Source of the DNA: Bacteroidota bacterium
GTDB lineage: Bacteria > Bacteroidota > Bacteroidia > Flavobacteriales > Weeksellaceae
Reading direction: 5' to 3'
Length of the DNA stretch: 64,000 nucleotides
Assembly: GCA_023457935.1 (NCBI GenBank)
Contig: JAEXBA010000019.1
Coordinates: 2,515 to 66,514, forward strand
Shown piece by piece: positions 49,949 to 59,678 of the stretch (the first letter of the stretch is position 1; each line of letters begins with the position of its first letter). The notes under the pieces are model-generated. The model ran no database searches. It was not told where the DNA came from and saw nothing but the letters and a program-made list of their open reading frames with translations. The translations under genes and the position numbers were made by a program.

Positions 49949-50797
49949 TTAGAAAGAATATTTGAAACCTACGTTAAGGCCAAAATTAGAGAACGGAAGG
50001 GATTCCTTAGTTAATTTGGTCGCAGAGCTGTTTCCTGAGTTGTCTCCCGGATTTACCTGATCAACGTACTCATAATGAATGTCATCATATTGCCAGCCAT
50101 AATCTTCATTAAGCTCATTTGTTCCATTGTAATTTGCTTCAGTATAAGTTCCTTTCTTAGGGGAATATGCAAGCGCCATGGATCTAAGTTCAGTATAAAT
50201 TGACATATTCTGATTAAGAGCATAATCAATACCTAACGCTCCGGTCACACCTATAGCTGTTCCACCTTCCATCTCGTATACCTCCTTATACGTATTGTTG
50301 CTCCAGGTGTCTGTATAATCCTGATTTACTTTTGGCATTGCTCCAATTACAGCTCCAAATTTAGCGTAAGGAGTAACAGTCGCTGGATTTGCTTTTACAA
50401 CAATTTTTGGCTGAATCAACAGCATTCTTCCCGAAAGTTCATACTTCTCTAATTCTCCGTCATTCCATTTTTCAGTCACTTCAGTTTTGCTGCCTTTCAG
50501 ATAATCCAATCCTAGTTCCGCACCAAGATTTTTGCTGAACATATAGCCCAGATCCAAGCCAAAATTTGCTCCTTTACCGTATGAAACACCAACAGCTTCT
50601 TGCGACCAACCGGAAGTTTGCTGTGTTCTGTTGACCCAGCGACCGTAATCTTTTGCGATGCCGAAGTTGTATCCACCGTGAACGCCAATGTACAATCCGG
50701 TGTTTCCTTCTTGGATAGGGTTAACTTTAGTTTGCGCATTTACCTGAGTAGAAAATGCCAGCGCCATAACAGCTACTGCTAAAAAACTTTTTTTCAT
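49949..50797 (-). CDS. outer-membrane beta-barrel (porin-family) protein
   Basis: Signal peptide MKKSFLAVAVMALAFSTQVNAQ, alternating beta strands and a terminal FKYSF. Confidence 0.65.
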   Translation of the reverse strand: MKKSFLAVAVMALAFSTQVNAQTKVNPIQEGNTGLYIGVHGGYNFGIAKDYGRWVNRTQQTSGWSQEAVGVSYGKGANFGLDLGYMFSKNLGAELGLDYLKGSKTEVTEKWNDGELEKYELSGRMLLIQPKIVVKANPATVTPYAKFGAVIGAMPKVNQDYTDTWSNNTYKEVYEMEGGTAIGVTGALGIDYALNQNMSIYTELRSMALAYSPKKGTYTEANYNGTNELNEDYGWQYDDIHYEYVDQVNPGDNSGNSSATKLTKESLPFSNFGLNVGFKYSF

Positions 50798-50876
50798 AAT
50801 TCAATTTTTATTTTATTGTGCTGCGAATATAAAAAAATATTTACTAACGCTTTTGTTTTCTAGAATAATTTTTCTC

Positions 50877-51023
50877 TTAACAGCCGCAGTCTTTATCGCA
50901 GCCGGATTTGTTGTCCTTAAACTTTCCCGGAGTAAAATTTTTACGTATAAGTCTGAAAATATACCAGCATGCAAAAAGAAAAAGCAGCGCGAGAATGATA
51001 TACTGTATGGTAAGAGAATCCAT
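50877..51023 (-). CDS. FeoB-associated Cys-rich small membrane protein (48 aa, below the ORF-track cutoff)
   Basis: Hand translation: MDSLTIQYIILALLFLFACWYIFRLIRKNFTPGKFKDNKSGCDKDCGC. It has one TM helix and a CxxxCxC tail, and starts 8 nt after the feoB stop. Confidence 0.65.
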   Translation of the reverse strand: MDSLTIQYIILALLFLFACWYIFRLIRKNFTPGKFKDNKSGCDKDCGC

Positions 51024-51030
51024 CACTAAT

Positions 51031-53067
51031 TTATTTTAAAAGCTGATATACAAGCATGGATGCAAAGTAAGCCAGACCCGACATACCTATGATCTGTAAG
51101 ACCGTCCATTTCCAGGATTTTGTTTCACGGTAAACCACAGCAATGGTAGCAATACACTGCATGGCAAATGCATAAAACATCAGGATTGAAATTCCGGTCG
51201 CAAAGCTGAACACTTTTTCACCGTTGGGTTTTACATCGCTGCGCATTTTCTCAATCACTTTTCCTTCAGGTGCATCATCGTCCAGACTGTACAGTGTAGA
51301 CATTGTACCGACAAATACTTCTCTGGCGGCAAAACTGGTCAGAATTCCCACGCCCATCTTCCAGTCGTAACCCAGCGGCTCAATAGCCGGCTCCATACTC
51401 TTACCTATTTTGGCAAGATAGGAATCGTCCAAATGAACATCTGTGGAAACCATCTGATCTTTTTGTGTTCCCGGCCCAAAATAACTCAGAACCCAGATGA
51501 TGATACTTACTACGAAGATGATTTTTCCGGCGCCGGTAATAAACTCCCATACTTTCTGAAGAACCAGTTTAAGATCATAACCGAACAGCGGCTTTTTATA
51601 TGTCGGCAAGTCCATCACAAGAAATGAGGTTCCTTTGTTACTGATAAATTTTTTCAGAACAAAAGAAGCGGAAATTGCCATCAGAAACCCAAGCAGATAC
51701 ATCGCCATGAGCGCCAGTGCCTTATACGAAATTCCACCGAAATACCTGTCCGGAATTACCAATCCAATTATAATACTGTAAACCGGAAGTCTGGCAGAAC
51801 ACGTCATAAAAGGCGTCACCAAAATGGTAATCAAGCGTTCCTTTACATTTTCAATATTTCTGGTCGACATAATTGCCGGTATGGCGCAGGCGGTTCCGGA
51901 AACCAAAGGCACAATACTTTTACCGTTCAGGCCGAACGGACGTAAAAACCTGTCCATCAGGAAGATTACACGGGCCATATAGCCCGAATCCTCGAGCAGA
52001 TAAAGGAAATACAGCAGTATACCGATTTGCGGTGCGAAGATCACAATACCGCCCAATCCGGGAATAATTCCGTTAGCGATGAGAGAATTAAGCGGACCTT
52101 CAGGCAGATGAGTTTTTGCAAAATTGGAAAAACTGAGGAAGAGCGAATCAATCCAGTCCATTGGGTACGCGGCAAGAAAAAACACCATCTGGAAAATCAG
52201 AAGCAGTATGCCCAGGAAAATGATATAACCCCAAAACTTATGAACAAGAACTTTATCCAGCTTTTCGGTAAGCAGTTCTTTAAACTGAGGTGTTCTGGAA
52301 ATCACCTTTGAAATAATACGGTCTATATTCTGATAACGTCTGATGGTTTCCTGAGTCTGCAGTCTTTTTGGTATCAGACACTTAACTTCATTTTCATTAA
52401 GCTGATCCTGTACCGATTCCAGTTTTCCAAGATATGTATCTGATGACAGAAGTGTCCAAACTTTATACTGGTTTTCTTCTTTAGTATTCTCCAGAATTCT
52501 GAAAACCATGCCTTTCTGTTCCACAGGAATCTCAAAAGTGGGCTGGGCTGAAGAAGTGAAATTATTACTGAAAATGTTTTCGCGAAGTTCATCAATTCCC
52601 TGATGTTCTTTGGCGTTGGTAGAAATCACCTTTACACCTACTTCTCTTTCAAGCGCATCCAAATTGATGTGAATTCCTCTTCGTTCTGCCTGATCAATCT
52701 GGTTCACCACCAAAAGCATCGGAATTCTCAAATCCTGTATCTGCTGAAAAAGCAGAAGCCCTCTTTTGATGCTGAGCGCCTCGAGAATATATACTACGCC
52801 GGAATAGGTCTGAACCTCATCAACCAGATATTTGGCAAAAATAGCTTCGTCTTCGGAACTTGGGTAAATGCTGTAAGAGCCGGGAAGATCAATCACCTCC
52901 ACTTCCTCATCACGGTAAATGTAGTTTCCGGAATGGCTTGCTACCGTTACGCCGGCATAATTCCCCGTTTTCTGTTTTCTGTTGCAGAGAACATTGAATA
53001 CTGTTGATTTTCCTACGTTCGGATTTCCAACGAGAAGGATTTTCTTATGTTGAAGATCTTTGTGCAT
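51031..53067 (-). CDS. feoB: ferrous iron transporter FeoB
   Basis: N-terminal G domain (GNPNVGKST, DLPG, NQID) followed by a polytopic permease. Confidence 0.95.
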   Translation of the reverse strand: MHKDLQHKKILLVGNPNVGKSTVFNVLCNRKQKTGNYAGVTVASHSGNYIYRDEEVEVIDLPGSYSIYPSSEDEAIFAKYLVDEVQTYSGVVYILEALSIKRGLLLFQQIQDLRIPMLLVVNQIDQAERRGIHINLDALEREVGVKVISTNAKEHQGIDELRENIFSNNFTSSAQPTFEIPVEQKGMVFRILENTKEENQYKVWTLLSSDTYLGKLESVQDQLNENEVKCLIPKRLQTQETIRRYQNIDRIISKVISRTPQFKELLTEKLDKVLVHKFWGYIIFLGILLLIFQMVFFLAAYPMDWIDSLFLSFSNFAKTHLPEGPLNSLIANGIIPGLGGIVIFAPQIGILLYFLYLLEDSGYMARVIFLMDRFLRPFGLNGKSIVPLVSGTACAIPAIMSTRNIENVKERLITILVTPFMTCSARLPVYSIIIGLVIPDRYFGGISYKALALMAMYLLGFLMAISASFVLKKFISNKGTSFLVMDLPTYKKPLFGYDLKLVLQKVWEFITGAGKIIFVVSIIIWVLSYFGPGTQKDQMVSTDVHLDDSYLAKIGKSMEPAIEPLGYDWKMGVGILTSFAAREVFVGTMSTLYSLDDDAPEGKVIEKMRSDVKPNGEKVFSFATGISILMFYAFAMQCIATIAVVYRETKSWKWTVLQIIGMSGLAYFASMLVYQLLK

Positions 53068-53342
53068 TAATCTAAACGTTCTACAATAATAAACCGTGCT
53101 TCTTCTTCGCGAAGTGCAATGCGGCTTTTTTCCTCGCCAAATTCAATATAAAGAGGCCCTTTGAAAGGCGCCTGATAGAGTACTTTAAAGCCGGTTTCGG
53201 GCAGAAGGCCCATTTCAATTATTTTTCCTGGCATCTGCAAGTCATCATTTTCATAGCCAACAATTTTCCCGGCTTTTCTTAGCGGAAAACAGCAGAGTCT
53301 GTTGGAAAAATCGTTCTTCAAATCAGTAGGTTTACACTGCAA
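53067..53342 (-). CDS. feoA: ferrous iron transport protein FeoA
   Basis: SH3-like FeoA domain (AGKIVGYE...MGLLPETGFKVLYQAPFKGPLYIEF). Its stop overlaps the feoB ATG (TAATG). The start is TTG at 53342 or TTG at 53321. Confidence 0.8.
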   Translation of the reverse strand: MQCKPTDLKNDFSNRLCCFPLRKAGKIVGYENDDLQMPGKIIEMGLLPETGFKVLYQAPFKGPLYIEFGEEKSRIALREEEARFIIVERLD

Positions 53343-53347
53343 ATATA
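53340..53347 (-). promoter_or_regulatory. -7 box candidate for feoAB
   Basis: TATATTTG on the minus strand. Its last three bases are the TTG that the ORF track uses as the feoA start. Confidence 0.35.
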
Positions 53348-53391
53348 CGTTATTTAAATTAAATCTAAATAAGGGTGATTAATGTCATAAC

Positions 53392-53418
53392 AAAACCCGG
53401 AAACACAATGTTTCCGGG
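53392..53418 (-). terminator. terminator after GLPGLI paralog 1
   Basis: CCCGGAAAC/GTTTCCGGG 9-bp stem followed by TTTTGTT on the minus strand. Confidence 0.7.
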
Positions 53419-53449
53419 CTTCTACAATATAATTTAGCTGATATGAATG

Positions 53450-54331
53450 TTACTTTTTCTCGGGCTTGATTTCAATGGGATTATTATTGCTTGTAAAGAA
53501 ATCCTTGGCCATTTTTTCCTGATCTTTAATGTACTCTCCAACGGTTTTATCGGAGCCGGGCATTTTACGTCCCATCAGTTCCGGTGTCATGTACGGGCGC
53601 ATTTCTGCAAGAGGATCAGCTTTGAAGTTGTCATAGGATTTCTCAAACTTCTCTCTGGTAATAATTACCGGAACCTGCGACATCCCGTATTTCTGATTGA
53701 TTTTTTCTGCATAGGACATTTCTTCCCAGTTTTCAACCGTTTTATTGCCTTTCAGTTCCCAGGAATAGTTTTTTCCTTCGTCCTCCAGTTTTACAATAAG
53801 TCCCGGCAAACCGTAGAATTTGTACGGACCGTCCGGAAACGGAATATCCTGTGAAAACCATGCAGTCCATGTTCTGCCAGCGAATTCAGCTGTGGCTTTC
53901 TGGGTTTTATATTCTCCGATTGTGGCTTTTTCCGGCGATATTTTCCAGTCGAATTTCACAGCATCATCATAGCCGAACGTTTTCATACTGATCTGATCGG
54001 TATACTGAACGTTCATGTCCGGATAGGTCTTCTTTACTTTATGCGTGAACTTCGGCATTTTGATGCTCTTCATCATGTCGGACCAAACTCCGCTTTTCTC
54101 CATCGCCGAAACTTTTTCTTTTATGATAGAATCCTGCGCGGGAACCGTAAAATCCTGATAACGCGACATTTCTGTAGTGATGTCCAAAATCGTCATCACT
54201 TTTTCGGTACGTGCAGAATCTTTCTTAGGCTTAAAAGTAAGCTCATAAAAAAATCTGTTGGCAGTTTGCTGCGCGTTCAGGGCAACAAAAACAATAAGGG
54301 CCAACACCGAGAGCTGTTTTCTCATTTTCAA
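53450..54331 (-). CDS. GLPGLI-family protein (paralog 1)
   Basis: Signal peptide plus the family signature YKFYGLPGLIVKLED. Confidence 0.8.
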   Translation of the reverse strand: MKMRKQLSVLALIVFVALNAQQTANRFFYELTFKPKKDSARTEKVMTILDITTEMSRYQDFTVPAQDSIIKEKVSAMEKSGVWSDMMKSIKMPKFTHKVKKTYPDMNVQYTDQISMKTFGYDDAVKFDWKISPEKATIGEYKTQKATAEFAGRTWTAWFSQDIPFPDGPYKFYGLPGLIVKLEDEGKNYSWELKGNKTVENWEEMSYAEKINQKYGMSQVPVIITREKFEKSYDNFKADPLAEMRPYMTPELMGRKMPGSDKTVGEYIKDQEKMAKDFFTSNNNPIEIKPEKK

Positions 54332-54450
54332 TTTTAATAATTAGTATCTGTATTTAGGTTTTTGTTACAGAATGTTTGGAAAAACTTAACGCTTAAATTT
54401 CTCTCCATATTTTAAAAAGCATTAATTTTAAGCAACTTAACAAAACAGAT

Positions 54451-54948
54451 ATGGAAACATTACCCAACATTAAAGCTGAACTGAAACAGGAATACGAAAC
54501 CACAAAAAAGTTTTTTGAAAATTTTCCTGAAGACAAAAACGATTACGCGCCGCATGAAAAAAGTATGAAAATGATGCCTTTGGCTACGCATATTGCTGAA
54601 ATTTTCGGATGGCCGGCTTTTATGATGAACACAGAAAAGCTGGATTTCAGTGCCGGTGATTACAAGCCAACGGTACTGAATACAAAAGCAGAACTTCTCC
54701 AAAAACTTGATGATGATTATGAAGACAGTGTTAAAACCCTCGCCGCAATTTCCGAAGATGATCTTAACGGCCGCTGGAAAATGACAATGGGCGAACATGT
54801 GATTGCGGATTACAGCAAATATGAAGCAATGCGCCACGCGCTTAACCAGGCCACACATCACCGTGCCCAGCTCGGAATTTATTACCGCCTGAACGATATT
54901 CCTTTACCGGGAAGTTACGGCCCTTCTGCAGATGACGAAAATTTTTAA
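54451..54948 (+). CDS. DinB-family (four-helix bundle) protein
   Basis: 165 aa with His residues spaced as in DinB/YfiT-like proteins (HIAEI..., HHRAQL). Confidence 0.65.
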   Translation: METLPNIKAELKQEYETTKKFFENFPEDKNDYAPHEKSMKMMPLATHIAEIFGWPAFMMNTEKLDFSAGDYKPTVLNTKAELLQKLDDDYEDSVKTLAAISEDDLNGRWKMTMGEHVIADYSKYEAMRHALNQATHHRAQLGIYYRLNDIPLPGSYGPSADDENF

Positions 54949-54964
54949 TGATCTCTTTTAAAAT

Positions 54965-54995
54965 AAAATTCCCGGTTGTCACCGGGAATTTTTTA
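54965..54995. terminator. bidirectional terminator between the DinB gene and GLPGLI paralog 2
   Basis: AAAATTCCCGG/CCGGGAATTTT stem with A and T runs on either side. Confidence 0.7.
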
Positions 54996-55898
54996 CTGTC
55001 TGGAGTATAAAGACGGTTCTATTTTGTTATTGTTCTTGCTTTCGTAATCCTGCACCCGTTTTTCTATGGTGCGGTATATTTCGTTGATGTCTGTTATTTC
55101 CTTGCCATCCTGCGTCATTACTTTAATCATCACTTTCTGATTGGGGCCTGAATTTTTCATCATCATTTCTCTTGTTCCTTTAGCCGGATCATTCAGATAA
55201 TCATTCCACAGTTTCCTGAATTTTTTCTCGTCCACATTAATCTGTTTGCTGTCGAAAATACTTCCCATTCCGGGTGCCACCAATTCGGTACTTTGTGCTT
55301 CGGCGGCAACTTTTCTGTTTGCCACCAGTGTCATCACATGCGATCCTGTGCTGTCCTCTGCCTTAACAATCAGCCCGGGCAGGCCATGAAACTTATACGG
55401 CCCGTCCTGAAACGGAATATCCTTCGAAAACCAGGCGGTCCATTCTCTTCCGCCAAAAGATGCTGTGGCTTTCTGAGCGTTGTATTCCCCTATTTTTTGC
55501 GTTTCAGCGTGAATTTTCCAGTGCAGCTTCTCGTCTTCAAGAATTTTATAGCGGTCTTCACCAATCTGGTCAATCAGGAACACCTCAAAATCAGGATAGC
55601 TTTTGGTTACTTTATAACGGACAGAAACCAGTCGCCCGCTACGGTTTATATTGACGTTGTTAGTACCTGTGGAAATCTGCCTGTCAAAGTCTGCTTTTAT
55701 TAGGGAATCCTGCACAAATTTGGCGTGACTGTAGTACAAAGATCCTTTCTCATTAATATCCAGCAGCATCATTTCTTTCCGCACCGTATCTTTTTCGTTA
55801 ATATCCGGAACGAACTTATATGCGTATATAAAGCGATTGGTCTGCGCCAGACAAAACGAACCCACAAGCAGCAGAAACAGAATATACTTTTTCATCAT
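54993..55898 (-). CDS. GLPGLI-family protein (paralog 2)
   Basis: Signal peptide plus YKFHGLPGLIVKAED. It shares the block QKATA.F.GR.WTAWFS.DIPF.DGPYKF with paralog 1. Confidence 0.8.
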   Translation of the reverse strand: MMKKYILFLLLVGSFCLAQTNRFIYAYKFVPDINEKDTVRKEMMLLDINEKGSLYYSHAKFVQDSLIKADFDRQISTGTNNVNINRSGRLVSVRYKVTKSYPDFEVFLIDQIGEDRYKILEDEKLHWKIHAETQKIGEYNAQKATASFGGREWTAWFSKDIPFQDGPYKFHGLPGLIVKAEDSTGSHVMTLVANRKVAAEAQSTELVAPGMGSIFDSKQINVDEKKFRKLWNDYLNDPAKGTREMMMKNSGPNQKVMIKVMTQDGKEITDINEIYRTIEKRVQDYESKNNNKIEPSLYSRQ

Positions 55899-55917
55899 CA
55901 GGTTTTTAGCAGGTGTT

Positions 55918-58614
55918 TTATTTAAAATTAAATTTCACCGTAAACATTACCTGGCTTGGGCGGATGTTTATTCTGCTGAGTCTTGTATACAGCGCACCAT
56001 CAGAAATGGTTTCAAACACTTTCTTATTTGCGATATTAAGCCATTTCAGTTCAAAATCCACTTTCTTTTCTGTCCAAGCAAACTGATACGTCAAATCGTA
56101 AAATCCGTTACGGTAATTGCGTCCCATCTGCGATGAATTGATCTGATCCCAGTTAAATGCAACAGAATGCCCTTCCACAGGGAAAAAAGTGGCGCCAAGA
56201 TTATGATTGTAGCTCCGGTTGCTGGACGCTGCCCATCGGCCGGTGTTCTTGCCCCAACCCATTGTGAAATTATAATCCAGCGTCATCCAGTCGAAATAGG
56301 CATTGTTGAACTTAAAACCTAAGCTTTGCGTGGAATTCCGGTTGGTATAAGGAGTTCCTTCATATGAAAGATCAGATTCTGAGACAGAGTTTCTGAATGA
56401 TGCAGACACATTTGACTTGAATTTCGGAAAATACTTGCCGATTTCCGCACTCTGTGAATTGGAAAGTGTAGAATTGTCCTGAACGATGTATCTAACCAAT
56501 CCGAAACCCTGCGTAACGTCATTCTGATCTGCGATAAGGTTACTGTTCGACTTGGAAATGGAATAGTTTACATTGAAGAAAAGATTGTTCAGCGGATTGC
56601 GGTATTCCACACGGGTTCCTGCACGTCTTGATGAACTCTCCAGCAGAGGATTGCCGGCTTCCATTGCACGGAACATATTCGGGTTCCTCATCATAAAACC
56701 TGAGTAAATATCATCGATTCCCGCAAAACCGTAGTTCATGTTACCGGTAAGCATTGCCTTCCAGAACGAAGCAAAGCTGTACTGGACAAAACCGGACGGT
56801 TCAAAAGTTGTTTTCGTAAAATCCTTATGCAGATTCCGTGCAGGATCTTCTGCTTTTATTATGTTGAAATTCACCGGCATCTGAATTCCCAAAGTCCAGG
56901 CTTCAGATTTATAGTTTACACCAAGTCCAGCATACGGAACGGTTTCTGTGAATTTCAGGTCGTTGATAAACATGTCTCCAAATGCTTCTGCCGTGTTTCC
57001 GGTATAGCCAAAGAGCTGCGAATTCAGTTTGCTGGTATTGTAATTCAGACCGATTTCCGGCGTGAAAGTCCAGCCTTTTGTCGTGAAGCCCATTGTTGCT
57101 GAATGGTTGGCTTCGAATGTTTTGATACCGAAATCCTGAAATGCGCGGTCTTTTCCGTCAAAAAGGTTTCCCAAAACGGGCCCGCCGGTCTGCACCGGAA
57201 AAACAACATAATCTCCCGGCGTCACCCAAAGATCCTGGTTGTCGTTCTGATAATTAATGTACGACATGACATTCAGCATCTTCGATTTAAGCGGAATAAT
57301 CGTGCTGAGTGAATTCTGGAAGGAAGTCGTCGGCGATTCCAGTGCCTGCGCCGAATTTTTATCTATAAACGGCGGATTTCTGAAGAGCGTAGTGGCGCGG
57401 TCCGCATTCCAGAACTGGTTGAAGGTTGTTGTATTTTTAAAAAAGCCCTGTTTCGCATTTTTCGTGAAGATAAGCTCTCCTTTTGCCTTGTTGGTATACA
57501 GGTTGTTGGTTTGTCTTCCTATTGAAGTATTGCCGTTCTCCTTGTTGAAGGTTTCTTCGTAACTTTCGCGTTCCACTGCGTTATTGGTATAACTTCCGCT
57601 GGCTTTGAGTTCCCATTCCTTGTTTTCGAAAGGTGTTGTAAGTATGTTCGCCGTAAGAAAATGTACATTGTTCATCAGATAGCGCTTCTCCGGCAGTGAT
57701 GGAATATCTGCCCTTTCAACACTCAGCCAGCTGCTTTGCGAAATACTTCTGCGCATTCCTTCCCAGCGGTTACCCATTGCAAACATACCGCCTTCATTTT
57801 CCACCGTTTCTCCTACATTATTGGTCTTATAGTTAACAACCCACTGGTTTTTCTGTCCGAAAAACATCGGCGTAAGTTTCACGTTCCAAAGCCAGGGATC
57901 TGCAAAGCCGGAACCTACTTCACCACGGCCTGTCATCGTTACTTTGTTCTTGAGCTTAATATTGATCGCTGCCTGATCAGACGGAACTTTATCCTGAAGA
58001 ATCTTCACCGGCTGGTGATTTTCGAGAACTTCAACTTTCTGAACCGCATCTTTCGGCAGTGAATTGTTGATGACTCCGTATCCGCCTTCCATCAAATCTT
58101 TTCCATTGACGTAGAATTTTGCTAGCGGCTGTCCCTGATACAGTATTGAACCGTCCGTATTTACTTCAATTCCCGGCATTTTGCTCAGAACATCGGCCAA
58201 AGTACGGTCGTTTTTCGTTTCAAAAGCTTTAAGATCATAAGTTATCGTATCGCCTTTCTTTGTGATAATTTTGGTTTTCAGCTTTACTTCCTGAATTTCT
58301 GTTGCTTCGGTCTGAAGCGTGAAATTCAGTTTATGATTGTCATTCGTCACCTGTTTTGTCTGCGGCTTGTGGTTAAAAGCCTTGATCTTGAGGTCGACAT
58401 TGGCTTCCGAAGACGAAAAAGAAACTTTGTATTCCCCTTTCGAGTTTGAAATACCGTATGCTATAATGGCATCTTTACCAGGTTCCTCAACGGTAACGCT
58501 CGCACTCGGAACGTTCTCTCCATCGGAGTTTTTCACCACTCCGGAAATTGTTTTCTGAGCGTACATAAATACTGAACCCAGCATTAGAAGTAATAATGTA
58601 ACGGCGTATTTCAT
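55918..58614 (-). CDS. outer-membrane barrel protein with an N-terminal carboxypeptidase-regulatory-like domain (TonB-dependent-receptor-like)
   Basis: Signal peptide, then ISGVVKNSDGENVPSASVTV (CarboxypepD_reg-like), a plug-like region and a long beta-barrel ending in VKFNFK. Confidence 0.7.
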   Translation of the reverse strand: MKYAVTLLLLMLGSVFMYAQKTISGVVKNSDGENVPSASVTVEEPGKDAIIAYGISNSKGEYKVSFSSSEANVDLKIKAFNHKPQTKQVTNDNHKLNFTLQTEATEIQEVKLKTKIITKKGDTITYDLKAFETKNDRTLADVLSKMPGIEVNTDGSILYQGQPLAKFYVNGKDLMEGGYGVINNSLPKDAVQKVEVLENHQPVKILQDKVPSDQAAINIKLKNKVTMTGRGEVGSGFADPWLWNVKLTPMFFGQKNQWVVNYKTNNVGETVENEGGMFAMGNRWEGMRRSISQSSWLSVERADIPSLPEKRYLMNNVHFLTANILTTPFENKEWELKASGSYTNNAVERESYEETFNKENGNTSIGRQTNNLYTNKAKGELIFTKNAKQGFFKNTTTFNQFWNADRATTLFRNPPFIDKNSAQALESPTTSFQNSLSTIIPLKSKMLNVMSYINYQNDNQDLWVTPGDYVVFPVQTGGPVLGNLFDGKDRAFQDFGIKTFEANHSATMGFTTKGWTFTPEIGLNYNTSKLNSQLFGYTGNTAEAFGDMFINDLKFTETVPYAGLGVNYKSEAWTLGIQMPVNFNIIKAEDPARNLHKDFTKTTFEPSGFVQYSFASFWKAMLTGNMNYGFAGIDDIYSGFMMRNPNMFRAMEAGNPLLESSSRRAGTRVEYRNPLNNLFFNVNYSISKSNSNLIADQNDVTQGFGLVRYIVQDNSTLSNSQSAEIGKYFPKFKSNVSASFRNSVSESDLSYEGTPYTNRNSTQSLGFKFNNAYFDWMTLDYNFTMGWGKNTGRWAASSNRSYNHNLGATFFPVEGHSVAFNWDQINSSQMGRNYRNGFYDLTYQFAWTEKKVDFELKWLNIANKKVFETISDGALYTRLSRINIRPSQVMFTVKFNFK

Positions 58615-58722
58615 TTTCTGTTTTAGTAATTAGTGTTATAGGCAGGCATTTTTGTTACATACAGTATAGGTTTCTGCATAATATCATGACCGCTGATGGT
58701 GCAGTTATTAATTTTTTTTAGA

Positions 58723-58730
58723 TAGTTTTG
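58723..58730 (+). promoter_or_regulatory. -7 box for the cupin-like gene
   Basis: TAGTTTTG, 20 nt before the ATG at 58751. Confidence 0.45.
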
Positions 58731-58750
58731 CATATTAATTCAATCATTAA

Positions 58751-59635
58751 ATGGGAATAATCCTGAAGCCGATAGACGTCGTGGAAGACATCTCGCGCGA
58801 AGATTTCTACAGCAAATACCTGCGGCCAAGAAAGCCTGTAGTTATAAAAAATATGGCCAGAACATGGCCTGCTTACCGTAAATGGACTCTTGATTACATG
58901 AAAGAAACGGTAGGCGATGTCGAAGTTCCCCTTTATGATTCTTCAAAAGCCGATCCGGCGGCGCCAATCAATGCATCAGCTGCAAAAATGAAGTTCGGTG
59001 ATTATATTGACCTTATCAGAAAAGAACCTACCGATCTCCGTATTTTTCTGTTTGATCCTATTAAGCAGGCGCCAAAACTTCTCGAAGACTATGTTTTTCC
59101 GAAAGATCTGATGGGCGGATTTCTGGACAAATATCCAAGTATGTTTTTCGGCGGCAAGGGCTCTGTTACATTCTTACATTATGATATCGATCTGGCGCAT
59201 ATTTTCCATACGCATTTCAACGGAAGAAAGCATATTCTTCTGTTTGATTATAAGTGGAAAGACCGTCTGTACCGGTTGCCTTTCGCAACGTATGCCCTGG
59301 AAGATTACAATATTGAACAGCCTGACTTCGAAAACTTTCCTGCGCTGGACGGCGTTGAAGGAATTGAATGCTATCTTGAACACGGCGATACGCTGTTTAT
59401 GCCGACCGGCTGGTGGCACTGGATGAAATATCTTGACGGAAGTTTTTCAATTTCCCTGCGGGCCTGGGACAAAAGCTGGAAAAAAAAGGCACATTCACTC
59501 TGGAATCTTACCGTTCATCGGAATTTTGATAACTTTATGAAAGCAAGGTTCAAAAAGAAATATATGGACTGGAAAGAGAAGAAAGCCATTGAAAGGGCGA
59601 ACTACGCATTACGAAGAGGACTTCCTAAAAAATAA
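58751..59635 (+). CDS. cupin-like (JmjC-type) domain protein
   Basis: VTFLHYD...H...GDTLFMPTGWWH pattern of JmjC/cupin-8 proteins. Confidence 0.7.
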   Translation: MGIILKPIDVVEDISREDFYSKYLRPRKPVVIKNMARTWPAYRKWTLDYMKETVGDVEVPLYDSSKADPAAPINASAAKMKFGDYIDLIRKEPTDLRIFLFDPIKQAPKLLEDYVFPKDLMGGFLDKYPSMFFGGKGSVTFLHYDIDLAHIFHTHFNGRKHILLFDYKWKDRLYRLPFATYALEDYNIEQPDFENFPALDGVEGIECYLEHGDTLFMPTGWWHWMKYLDGSFSISLRAWDKSWKKKAHSLWNLTVHRNFDNFMKARFKKKYMDWKEKKAIERANYALRRGLPKK

Positions 59636-59661
59636 AAAATCCACCGTTCCGGTGGATTTTT
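59635..59661. terminator. bidirectional terminator between the cupin gene and lepA
   Basis: AAAAATCCACCG/CGGTGGATTTTT stem. Confidence 0.7.
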
Positions 59662-59678
59662 CTGTTTAAACTAAAATT

